DNA of 64,000 nt from the NCBI GenBank assembly GCA_964456825.1, contig CAYWCR010000007.1:14155-78154 (forward strand), read 5' to 3'. The notes below the pieces were generated by a model, which saw only the letters and a list, made by a program, of their open reading frames with translations, ran no database searches and was not told the origin of the DNA. Positions 18,935-27,721 of the stretch are shown here, one piece after another (the stretch's first letter is position 1; the number at the start of each line of letters is the position of its first letter). This stretch comes from an uncultured Bacteroidales bacterium. GTDB taxonomy: Bacteria; Bacteroidota; Bacteroidia; Bacteroidales; UBA10428. The position numbers were made by a program, and so were the translations under genes.

Positions 18935-19897
18935 CTAAGTTAATGCAGCCTTAATCTGTTTCCTGATCTCTTCAATCATTACATCCGTAATCCTTGTCAG
19001 GTGAAAGTCCGGCTGCCAGCCGATATCCCTGCGAAAACTTTCATCATCCACACTCTGCGGCCATGAATCAGCAATTTGCTGGCGGAAATCAGGCATGTAG
19101 TCAATGGTAAAATCCGGAATAAATCTTTTTATATCCCGGGCAACCAGGACAGGAGAGAGATTGGGACCGCTTAAGTTATAGGCTGAGTGGGTATGCAGTT
19201 TGGAATGTTCAGTTTCCATCAGATTAATGGTGGCCCTGATGGCATCATCCATGAACATCATCGGCATCAGGGTATCGGCACTGACAAAACAGGTGTATTG
19301 CTTCTTCTTGACCGCTTCAAAATAGATCTCCACAGCCCAGTCGGTTGTACCTCCCCCGGGTTCTGTCTTATAGCTAATCAGTCCGGGATACCGCAGGCTC
19401 CGGATATCCAATCCGTACCGCTTGTTATAGTATTCGCACCAGCGCTCCCCGGCAAGCTTGCTGATCCCATATACCGTTGAAGGTTCCATGTAGGTTACCT
19501 GGGGTGTCATCTGCCGCGGGGTGGATGCTCCAAATACCGCAATGGAACTGGGCCAGAATACTTTCCTGACATCTTCAACCAGCTTGGCAACTTCCAGGAT
19601 ATTCATCAGGCTGTTCATGTTGATATGCCAGGCCTGTACAGGAAGCTTTTCGGCATTTCCCGACAGCACGGCTGCCAGGTGATAGATCTGTGTGATCTTA
19701 TGCCGGATCACGAAATGGATCAGATGCTTGTCATCCATCACATCAAGCAACTGGAAAGGTCCGCTCTCCTTTATATCAGGTGGAGCATCCTTGACATCGG
19801 TGGCAAACACATTTTCATGTCCATAGGTTTCCCGGAGCTTAAGGGTGAGTTCGGATCCGATCTGTCCCGATGCCCCAATGATCAGTATTCGTTCCAT
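18935..19897 (-). CDS. tdh: L-threonine 3-dehydrogenase, NAD-dependent epimerase/dehydratase (SDR) type
   Basis: Rossmann motif IIGASGQIGSEL. The layout is that of the extended-SDR family, and the gene lies immediately upstream of kbl. Start set at ATG 19897 (MERILIIG); the track ORF extends to 20080 across a terminator. Confidence 0.7.
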   Translation of the reverse strand: MERILIIGASGQIGSELTLKLRETYGHENVFATDVKDAPPDIKESGPFQLLDVMDDKHLIHFVIRHKITQIYHLAAVLSGNAEKLPVQAWHINMNSLMNILEVAKLVEDVRKVFWPSSIAVFGASTPRQMTPQVTYMEPSTVYGISKLAGERWCEYYNKRYGLDIRSLRYPGLISYKTEPGGGTTDWAVEIYFEAVKKKQYTCFVSADTLMPMMFMDDAIRATINLMETEHSKLHTHSAYNLSGPNLSPVLVARDIKRFIPDFTIDYMPDFRQQIADSWPQSVDDESFRRDIGWQPDFHLTRITDVMIEEIRKQIKAALT

Positions 19898-19967
19898 AAA
19901 GCGGTTAATAAACCCGTAAAAGTAATGCAAACACCGCAGGTAAAAAATGATGTTTTGCAGCATGCAT

Positions 19968-19993
19968 AAAAAAACCGGCGCCTCTGCGCCGGT
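19968..19993 (-). terminator. Rho-independent terminator after susD
   Basis: The minus strand reads ACCGGCGC-agag-GCGCCGGT followed by TTTTTTT. Confidence 0.8.
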
Positions 19994-20042
19994 TTCAATC
20001 ATCAGCAGAAATACTGATTCATATACTGATTTTCTGTTTTGC

Positions 20043-21731
20043 TTACAGTCCCCAACCCGGAGTCTGTTCCAGCACACCATCGGAAAGGCTTACCTGTGAC
20101 TCGGGAATAGGGAGGAATCCACCGGTCTCAGGCTTGAAGGTGGCTGTATAAGTCCCTTCAACACCGATATTCCAGATCCTTACGTTGGCAACTGCGGCAA
20201 ATGCCGATTCTGCATCATGCCAGCGAAGCAGGTCGAAATACCTGAGTCCTTCGAAGGCAAGCTCATGCCTGCGTTCCCGTTTGATATTTTCCAGGGTAGG
20301 AGGCACTGAACCCAGACCGGCCCTTGTCCTGATCCTGTCAAGATAATTCTGTGCACTGGCACTTCCCAGTTCAGCTCCCATCAGCATAATATCGGCAAAA
20401 CGGATCAGCACTTCATCCTGCATGTTCCAAAGCTGCAGGTTATCAGGCTGACCTAATATGGCAAAATACATGCCTCTTAATTCCGCACCCATTCTAACCA
20501 TGACCGGCATATATTTTTTCTGCCAGTAGCCGGTTTCCTGATGCTGCTGGTCAGCACCCCAGAGAAATTCATGGTTGATCGCACCTTCATCGGCTATGGT
20601 ATCAATCAGGTTAAGAATGGAGCCCTGCTGTCTCAGGTCACCCGGTTCAAAACTTGCCCAGAGCTGAGGATTAACAGGTGCAAATCCCCAGCCTACTCCG
20701 AATGGCAAATAAGATCTGTTTCGTAATCCCTGGTATAAGACCATCTGGTTTGAATAGCCCAGCTTTAGCGGAGGATTCCAACCACCATAAGGTGAATAAT
20801 GAATGGCAAAAATAGTTTCAATGTTGGCACCGTCTTCACCGATCCATTTCAGGTTATTGTTTACAACATAAGCATATTGTGAAGGATACTGGTCGTTTGA
20901 AAAAGTATAAGGCCAAAGGTTCCTGAAGTCGGGTATCAGTCCATGACCGCTGTTGTTGACGCAGTCATCCACCCAGGTAATCACCTCTGCCTTTGTCACC
21001 GAACCTCCTCCGGCGAGCGGCATTTCTGTTTTGCTGTAATACCCTGTGTAAAACAGGAAAGCCCTGGCCATTAATCCCTCAGCTGCCCACTTGGTGGCAT
21101 GGCCCAACCTTTCGATAGGAATGTTCTCAAAACGCGTTGGAGGCATGATTTCAATGGCATTTTTCAAATCCGATGCAATCTGCCCGAACAATTCATCCGC
21201 TGTAGCCCGGGGATTGTTAACCGGTGCCGGATCGGTGATCAGGGGAACCGTACCGAAAAACTGAGCCAATCGCAGATAAAAATAAGCCCTGAGGAAATAG
21301 GCCTCACCATGTGCCTGGTTCTTCTCACTCTCATCAGTAAATTCTGCATTGTCGAACCTTTTCAGGATCATATTAGCGCGAAATATGCCTTCGTAGGTAG
21401 TCTCCCATAAATCCATGAATTGATCCTCCTCTCCTGTTGTGAAAGCGTCGTAAGCCTGACAGTCATCTACATTATCAGAACCGCCGCCGCCAAAGCGGTC
21501 ATCGGAAAGTATCTCGGAAACAAGGATGGGATTATTCACCCCTGCGTCTATCGGAATACATGCATAGGCCCCTGTCAGCGCTTCTGCAATCTCCTGCGGA
21601 TTTGAATAATAATCAACATCCAGTTTTTCATACAGGTTTTTCGTATCCAGAAAATCATCGCCGCAACTTATTGCCAGGAAAGCTGCAACAATACCTGCAA
21701 AATATTTAATTTTTCTCATATCACTTTTCAT
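20043..21731 (-). CDS. susD: SusD/RagB-family nutrient-binding outer-membrane lipoprotein
   Basis: Lipoprotein signal AFLAISCGDD. Helical TPR-like SusD body. The gene lies 6 nt downstream of a SusC gene. Confidence 0.9.
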   Translation of the reverse strand: MKSDMRKIKYFAGIVAAFLAISCGDDFLDTKNLYEKLDVDYYSNPQEIAEALTGAYACIPIDAGVNNPILVSEILSDDRFGGGGSDNVDDCQAYDAFTTGEEDQFMDLWETTYEGIFRANMILKRFDNAEFTDESEKNQAHGEAYFLRAYFYLRLAQFFGTVPLITDPAPVNNPRATADELFGQIASDLKNAIEIMPPTRFENIPIERLGHATKWAAEGLMARAFLFYTGYYSKTEMPLAGGGSVTKAEVITWVDDCVNNSGHGLIPDFRNLWPYTFSNDQYPSQYAYVVNNNLKWIGEDGANIETIFAIHYSPYGGWNPPLKLGYSNQMVLYQGLRNRSYLPFGVGWGFAPVNPQLWASFEPGDLRQQGSILNLIDTIADEGAINHEFLWGADQQHQETGYWQKKYMPVMVRMGAELRGMYFAILGQPDNLQLWNMQDEVLIRFADIMLMGAELGSASAQNYLDRIRTRAGLGSVPPTLENIKRERRHELAFEGLRYFDLLRWHDAESAFAAVANVRIWNIGVEGTYTATFKPETGGFLPIPESQVSLSDGVLEQTPGWGL

Positions 21732-21737
21732 TTACAG

Positions 21738-24700
21738 TTAAAACTTAATGCTTAAACCAACCATAAAGGTCCTGGCCTGCGGATATAGGCCAAGATCAAT
21801 GCCGGATGCCCATGGAAAATCGTTTTCGTCATTTTCAGTATCCCTGGGCCCGTAACCAACTTCAGGATCAAGGCCTGTGTATTTGGTAAAGGTGTGGAGA
21901 TTTCTGGCTGTTACATATAGCCGTGTCTCCGCCAGGGGTAATTTCTTGAATAACATGTTTAAATTATAACCCAGGGTAAGATTACTTATTCTCAGAAAAT
22001 TAGCATCCTCGATAAAAAGTTCAGATATAAAACGGGTATTCTGGTGTGATGCCCATTGCAGGCGCGGCATCCTGTCGGATGTGCCCGGCCCGTGCCACCT
22101 GTCGTAAACATCAGTGGTATAATTATTCTTGGGACTGTCGCTGAAGGAACGGTATGATTTTGCAATCTGATGCCCGGCCTGACCGTTTGTGGTCACCTGT
22201 ATATAGAAACCTTTATAGTCAGCATTGAGTTGTAACCCAAAAACATAATCAGGATGCGGACTGCCGATCATCACCTTATCGTCATCATTGATCTCACCAT
22301 CTTTATTCTGATCCACAAATTTCACATCACCGGCTGCCTGCTTGGTGAAATAAGGTTCACCTGTGGGACCCAACCAGTTTGCAGCAGCTGCACTGTCCTG
22401 CAATATGCCATCCGTTTCATAGCCCCAGAAATAACCGACGGGGTAACCAACCTGGGCACGGAACATTTCGGCGGTACCCTGGGCCAGCACATTGGCAGGC
22501 CCATGGATGATCTTTTCATCATTGGCGATATCAACCACTTCATTATTATTATGCGACAGGGAAGCTGAGACGCCATATATCAGATCACCGATGCGGTCAT
22601 TCCAGCGAAGGGAGATCTCTATCCCCTTATTGGTGATCTTACCGCCGTTGATGAAGGGAGCACCGGTGCCATTGGTCGATAAAGCCGGTGCAACTACCAG
22701 CCAGTCCCGGGTATCTTTTTTATACCAGTCGAAGCTGAATTGCATCCTGCTGTTGAAGAAATTCATATCGGTTCCGATATCCAGCTGTTGTGAAGTCTCC
22801 CATGAAACATCAGGATTCGGAAGGATGGGAGGATAAGATCCGATGGTCTGGACTGTCTTGTCTATACCAAAATAATAATATGCCATTTCATAGGTAAGGG
22901 TGGCCAGGTATTGGAACTTTGCTATATCCTGGTTGCCGTTTTGTCCCCAGCTGGCACGAATTTTCATGAAGTTCAGCCAATCAGCTGTCGATGCCATGAA
23001 AGGCTCATTGGTAACTACCCAGCCGGCTGCAACCGAGGGGAATTTGCCCCAGCGGTTCCCTTCATCAAAGTTCGATGAGCCGTCAGCCCTCATTACCAGC
23101 GTTAACAGATATTTTTCAGCGTAATCATAGGAAATACGTCCGAAATATGACATTAAACCCCATCCATATTCATCCTTACCCATCATTGTAGAATAGGTTG
23201 CATCCAACGTAGGCACATTGGACAGATAGGCATGTTCAGCATCCCCGAATAAACTGGCTTCATTATGACCTGATACCCAAAGATTTGTACTGTTCTTCAT
23301 AATCTCATTCCCGATCATGGCCGATATATTATGCATACCCCTGGCGCGCGAATACGAGATCGTATTGGTCTGCGTCCAGGTCAGGCCTGAATACATCCGC
23401 TGATTGACCTGGTCTCTCGGCGAAGTGGTTATAAGGCTCAGATTATAGGAAGGGATCCATTGCCGCGAATAACCATACCAGTTGTTTACCCCTATGGAAG
23501 AACGTATCTTCAGGTTTTTTATGGGTTCCAGAACAAGATAAGCGCTCCCGATAATGGTGTTGTTGCTGTTCTTGTTGTCTTTCCCGTTATATTCCATCAA
23601 GGCTACGGGACTGGCTTCATTGGTATTCCAGGGAATGGCATAATGATAGTTGCCCGTTGAATCATACATGGGCAGAAAGGGACTGGCCACCATCATATTG
23701 TGCACATCACTCCAGTACATGTTGCCCGTTCTGATAGCGGGATTTTTTGCATTGGTGAAGGTAATGTTTTCGCCAACCATTAATAGATCACGGCCAGCCC
23801 TTTCAATAACAGCATGTTCAGAATTCAACCGCAGATTCAACCTTTTATAAATCGAATTGGCCTGTTTTCCCAGGATTCCCTGTTCGCTGAGGTAAGATGC
23901 CCCGAGTGAATAGGTTGACTTTTCAGATCCCCCGGTAATGTTCAGGGCATGGCTTTGCACCCCTGCGTTTTTAACCGTGATCTCATCAAACCAGTTGGTC
24001 CCTTCCCATTCCCCGCTCTCAATCTTATCCCAGTCGGGAACCAGGGTAGCATAGTCAAATGGCTTTTTGCCGCTGTTGACATTGGCTTCCTGCATTATTT
24101 CAGCGTACTGCTTTGCATTCAGCAATTCAGGCTTTTTGTATACATTCGACCAGCCAAAATATGTATCATAGGCAAGCGTAGCTTTGCTGCCCCTTTTTCC
24201 GCTTTTTGTGGTGACCAGGATGACACCATTTGCGGCACGTGATCCGTAGATGGCGGCCGAAGCAGCATCTTTCAGAATATCAATGCTTTCAATATCTGCA
24301 GGGCTCAGGTTGTCGATGTTGCCTACCGATATGCCATCAACAATATATAACGGAGCTGCATTGTCAATGGTGCCGATACCGCGGATATAAACTTTGGTCC
24401 CTGATCCGGGTTGTCCGTTATTTTGTGTAATGCTAACACCTGGACTGATACCTTTCAGTGCATCCATGGTGGTGGTGGTATTCAGTTCCTGCACGTCATC
24501 GCCTCCGAGGTTAACGGTAGCACCCGTATTCAGCTTTTTCTTCATGGTCCCGTAGCCGATGACCACTACTTCATCCAGCCCTATTATATCCTCTTCCAGC
24601 GTAACATCAATAACGGTGTTTGTCCCCACGGCATATTCTTCTGAAAGAAAACCGATGAAAGTAAACACCAGAATATCTTCAGGAGTTGCGATGACAGAAT

Positions 24701-24914
24701 AATTACCGTTAAGATCAGTGGTTGTTCCGCTCGGTGTTCCTTTAATAATGACATTCACCCCCGGCATCGCGCCTCCCGAGGCATCGGTTACCGTTCCTTT
24801 CACCTGCTTTTCCTGGCCATATAGGGTGACCTGGAAAGCAAGGATGATCAAAAGCAGCATATTTACCCGAATAAAATGCAGCTGCAACAATTTGTGTTTC
24901 ATTTTTGACATCAT
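21738..24914 (-). CDS. susC: SusC/RagA-family TonB-dependent outer-membrane transporter
   Basis: N-terminal carboxypeptidase-regulatory-like domain VKGTVTDASGGAMPGVNVIIKGT. Plug region DEVVVIGYGT. A ~1050-aa barrel ends in GLSIKF. There is no STN/anti-sigma extension. Confidence 0.9.
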   Translation of the reverse strand: MMSKMKHKLLQLHFIRVNMLLLIILAFQVTLYGQEKQVKGTVTDASGGAMPGVNVIIKGTPSGTTTDLNGNYSVIATPEDILVFTFIGFLSEEYAVGTNTVIDVTLEEDIIGLDEVVVIGYGTMKKKLNTGATVNLGGDDVQELNTTTTMDALKGISPGVSITQNNGQPGSGTKVYIRGIGTIDNAAPLYIVDGISVGNIDNLSPADIESIDILKDAASAAIYGSRAANGVILVTTKSGKRGSKATLAYDTYFGWSNVYKKPELLNAKQYAEIMQEANVNSGKKPFDYATLVPDWDKIESGEWEGTNWFDEITVKNAGVQSHALNITGGSEKSTYSLGASYLSEQGILGKQANSIYKRLNLRLNSEHAVIERAGRDLLMVGENITFTNAKNPAIRTGNMYWSDVHNMMVASPFLPMYDSTGNYHYAIPWNTNEASPVALMEYNGKDNKNSNNTIIGSAYLVLEPIKNLKIRSSIGVNNWYGYSRQWIPSYNLSLITTSPRDQVNQRMYSGLTWTQTNTISYSRARGMHNISAMIGNEIMKNSTNLWVSGHNEASLFGDAEHAYLSNVPTLDATYSTMMGKDEYGWGLMSYFGRISYDYAEKYLLTLVMRADGSSNFDEGNRWGKFPSVAAGWVVTNEPFMASTADWLNFMKIRASWGQNGNQDIAKFQYLATLTYEMAYYYFGIDKTVQTIGSYPPILPNPDVSWETSQQLDIGTDMNFFNSRMQFSFDWYKKDTRDWLVVAPALSTNGTGAPFINGGKITNKGIEISLRWNDRIGDLIYGVSASLSHNNNEVVDIANDEKIIHGPANVLAQGTAEMFRAQVGYPVGYFWGYETDGILQDSAAAANWLGPTGEPYFTKQAAGDVKFVDQNKDGEINDDDKVMIGSPHPDYVFGLQLNADYKGFYIQVTTNGQAGHQIAKSYRSFSDSPKNNYTTDVYDRWHGPGTSDRMPRLQWASHQNTRFISELFIEDANFLRISNLTLGYNLNMLFKKLPLAETRLYVTARNLHTFTKYTGLDPEVGYGPRDTENDENDFPWASGIDLGLYPQARTFMVGLSIKF

Positions 24915-25117
24915 AGGTTTAAGGTTAAAAATTAGTTAATACAACATGACAAGGTAAAAATAATATTCGAAAATTCCACGGCGGCCGTTTCAAAAATGAC
25001 TCCGGTCTCACGGATACCGCATGTGTTGTCCATATTATTCTATTATGCAATCCAGCATGCCGCCCCCCTTATATGCCTTCCGCAATATGCTGGTGTTTGT
25101 AAAAACGATGCATTCAT

Positions 25118-25125
25118 TATCTTTG
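25118..25125 (+). promoter_or_regulatory. Candidate -7 promoter box (TATCTTTG)
   Basis: TAnnTTTG match 29 nt upstream of the tatD ATG at 25154. Confidence 0.45.
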
Positions 25126-25153
25126 TTTTTCTTTGTCTTTATTCCTTATTGTT

Positions 25154-25816
25154 ATGTACCCCTATATCGACATCCATACCCACCATTTTTACCAGGGAGA
25201 TAACACCCGGCTGATCGTGAATGTCTTTCCGGAAGAAAATGAAAAATTCCAGCATCCCAGCTTTTTTTCCGTGGGATTGCATCCGTGGTATATCCGTTCG
25301 GGATCGATGGCGGGGCATCTCAAATGGATCGAAAAACAGGCTGAAAATCCTCAGGTGCTGGCCATCGGGGAGATCGGCCTTGATAAGACTATTGATGTCT
25401 CCTGGGAAGACCAGTCAACGGTATTCGAAAAACAGCTTTCCCTGGCAGAAAGACTGGGGAAGCCTGTAATCCTGCATTGCGTGAAATCCTACAATGAGCT
25501 GATCGCCTACCGTGATGTTTCAAATCAGCGAATCCCCTGGATCTTTCACTGGTTCAATACCAGCGCTGAAATAGCCGGTGAGCTGATGCGCAGGAACTGC
25601 TATCTTTCTTTCGGAAATATGCTCTTCAGGGAAAACAGCAAAGCTTTTGCCGTATTCTCAGCCATCAGCCTCGATGCGGTTTTTTTTGAAACCGATGATA
25701 CGGAATATACGATCAGGGATGTATACGAACGTGCGGTACAGATCAAAAACATGAAAGTGAGTGCTTTAATGCAGCAGATAGAGATAAATTTCACAACGTG
25801 TTTCGGCAACCGGTAA
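25154..25816 (+). CDS. TatD-family metal-dependent hydrolase/DNase
   Basis: N-terminal YIDIHTHH metal-binding motif. Contains AIGEIGLD. Start set at ATG 25154. Confidence 0.8.
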   Translation: MYPYIDIHTHHFYQGDNTRLIVNVFPEENEKFQHPSFFSVGLHPWYIRSGSMAGHLKWIEKQAENPQVLAIGEIGLDKTIDVSWEDQSTVFEKQLSLAERLGKPVILHCVKSYNELIAYRDVSNQRIPWIFHWFNTSAEIAGELMRRNCYLSFGNMLFRENSKAFAVFSAISLDAVFFETDDTEYTIRDVYERAVQIKNMKVSALMQQIEINFTTCFGNR

Positions 25817-25821
25817 GAAGT

Positions 25822-26544
25822 ATGGAAAATTGGACAGAACGTACGGCATTGCTGATAGGCGAAGAAGGGATTCAAAAACTATCCCGGGCTCATGTGCTGG
25901 TAGCCGGTTTGGGCGGTGTCGGGGGATATGCGGCCGAATTGCTTTGCCGGGCCGGCATTGGCAAACTAACGCTGATCGACGGCGACATCCTCCATCCTAC
26001 CAACCGCAACCGGCAGATCCTTGCCCTGTTGAGCCATGAAGGCTTGAATAAGGCTGAGGTTATGGCCGGCCGGTTGAAAGATATTAATCCTGTCATTGAA
26101 CTTGAAGTGATCAGCGCCTTCCTGAAGGAAGACCAGTTTCCCGCCCTTTTGGATAAACCTTATGACTATGTGATTGATGCCATTGACACGCTCACACCTA
26201 AAGTGCATCTGCTTGCCGGTGCTGTAAAAAGGAGACGCCCTGTTGTTAGCTCCATGGGTTCAGGCGGCCGGCTGCATCCTGAGAAGATCAGGGTGGCTGA
26301 TATCGCCGAATCGCATCATTGCAGGTTTGCTTATATCGTGCGTAAATACCTTCACCGGCTTGGCGTTCGAACCGGCATTACCGTTATCTATTCTCCCGAA
26401 CCGGTAGCCAGGGAAACGATCCGTGAAATAAGTGGTGAAGAGAATAAACGGTCGGTGGTGGGCACGATCTCCTATATGCCCCCGATCTTTGGGTGTTATT
26501 GCGCCTCTGTGGTGATAAGGGACTTGCTGGGAATTAGTCATTGA
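25822..26544 (+). CDS. tcdA: tRNA threonylcarbamoyladenosine dehydratase (ThiF/E1-like)
   Basis: GLGGVGG nucleotide-binding loop. The size of ~240 aa and ThiF-family layout fit. Start set at ATG 25822. Confidence 0.75.
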   Translation: MENWTERTALLIGEEGIQKLSRAHVLVAGLGGVGGYAAELLCRAGIGKLTLIDGDILHPTNRNRQILALLSHEGLNKAEVMAGRLKDINPVIELEVISAFLKEDQFPALLDKPYDYVIDAIDTLTPKVHLLAGAVKRRRPVVSSMGSGGRLHPEKIRVADIAESHHCRFAYIVRKYLHRLGVRTGITVIYSPEPVARETIREISGEENKRSVVGTISYMPPIFGCYCASVVIRDLLGISH

Positions 26545-26554
26545 TTGATTTGTT

Positions 26555-26578
26555 GACCTGCCTGCCGGCAGGCAGGTC
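26555..26578. repeat. Perfect 24-bp GC-rich palindrome, copy 1
   Basis: GACCTGCCTGCC|GGCAGGCAGGTC, 11 nt after the tcdA stop codon. Confidence 0.9.
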
Positions 26579-26588
26579 TGCTGATTTG

Positions 26589-26643
26589 GAGTTTAGGGGT
26601 TTAGCAGTTTAGCTGTTTAGCTGTTTTGATTCCTGGTTCCTGG
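26589..26643 (+). repeat. Octamer-periodic tract (nnGTTTAG x4.5) followed by TTCCTGG x2
   Basis: GTTTAG starts at 26591, 26599, 26607 and 26615, with GTTTT at 26623. TTCCTGGTTCCTGG lies at 26630-26643. Confidence 0.85.
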
Positions 26644-26696
26644 CTCTATATTAAAGGTTAATCCCTCCATCTTAAGGTAATGTTAATAATTTTTAG

Positions 26697-26704
26697 TAAC
26701 TTTG
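26697..26704 (+). promoter_or_regulatory. Candidate -7 promoter box (TAACTTTG)
   Basis: TAnnTTTG match 32 nt upstream of the glgA ATG. Confidence 0.45.
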
Positions 26705-26736
26705 CCAGTCTCTTATAAAGATTATAGCAGAACTAA

Positions 26737-27552
26737 ATGGCAGGTTCGAAAGTACTGTTCGTATCCCAGGAAATTACTCCTTATCTTCCTGAATCAGAAA
26801 TGTCGCTGATCGGGAGAAACCTTCCCCAGGGAATCCAGGAAAAAGGCCGGGAGATCAGAACGTTTATGCCTAAATTTGGTTGCATCAATGAAAGGAGAAA
26901 CCAGCTCCATGAGGTGATCCGCCTTTCCGGTATGAACATTATCATTGACGACACCGATCATCCGCTCATCATTAAGGTAGCCTCCATCCAGGCAGCCCGC
27001 ATGCAAATATATTTTATTGATAATGAGGATTATTTTCAGCGGAAATTTATCCTGCAGGATGAAAAAGGAGTGTTTTTTGATGACAATGATGAAAGGGCTA
27101 TATTTTTTGCCCGCGGAGTTGCCGAAACCGTGAAAAAACTTCAATGGGCGCCTAATCTGATCCATTGCCATAGCTGGTTTTCGGCACTGCTTCCCGTTTA
27201 TATCAAAAAGGTCTATCATGACGATCCCATTTTTAAACACTCCAGGATCGTGCTCTCGATTTACAACAATGAATTTCCGAAATCGCTAAATAAGACATTG
27301 CGGAAAAAAATGCTGCAGGATGATATTCCGGAAAAAGACCTTGCGGCCCTTGAAAACCCAACCTTTCTTAATTTATACAAACTGGCTATTAATATGTCCG
27401 ACGGGATCATCATCGGCAGTCAGAAAGTTGCACCGGACATCATCAGTTATTGTAAAAAATCAAGCAAACCCATGTTAGCCTATCAGCCTCCGGAAAAATA
27501 TATCGATGCATATTCCGATTTTTATGATCACGTTCTCAACACGAATCATTAA
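26737..27552 (+). CDS. glgA: Short glycogen/starch synthase (GT5 catalytic-domain-only, Bacteroidota type)
   Basis: N-terminus KVLFVSQEITPYLPES...FMPKFG and HCHSWFSAL are typical of the starch synthase catalytic domain. At 271 aa it is roughly half the length of a classical GlgA. Confidence 0.7.
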   Translation: MAGSKVLFVSQEITPYLPESEMSLIGRNLPQGIQEKGREIRTFMPKFGCINERRNQLHEVIRLSGMNIIIDDTDHPLIIKVASIQAARMQIYFIDNEDYFQRKFILQDEKGVFFDDNDERAIFFARGVAETVKKLQWAPNLIHCHSWFSALLPVYIKKVYHDDPIFKHSRIVLSIYNNEFPKSLNKTLRKKMLQDDIPEKDLAALENPTFLNLYKLAINMSDGIIIGSQKVAPDIISYCKKSSKPMLAYQPPEKYIDAYSDFYDHVLNTNH

Positions 27553-27721
27553 TGACCTGCATCAATTTATACTCTCGTCATAGGTTCATATGTTTTTCAC
27601 CGGCACAAACATGCTTCCTGTTGTCCGTTTTATTGTTAGTAACTGAAAACAAACAATATCCCTTTCTGTAAATCATTACGGTTATATTTTATCCTAAACA
27701 AATCATCCTAAAAACAGGTTT

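Noticed and set aside
1-24914. GH53 galactanase plus SusC/SusD as one polysaccharide utilisation locus
   Set aside because: They are 19 kb apart on opposite strands, with about 20 housekeeping genes in between.
27553-27721. glmS ribozyme in the 169-nt leader of glmS
   Set aside because: I could not recognise the conserved ribozyme core. To my knowledge the ribozyme is a Firmicutes-type feature and is not expected in the Bacteroidota. An Rfam scan would settle it.
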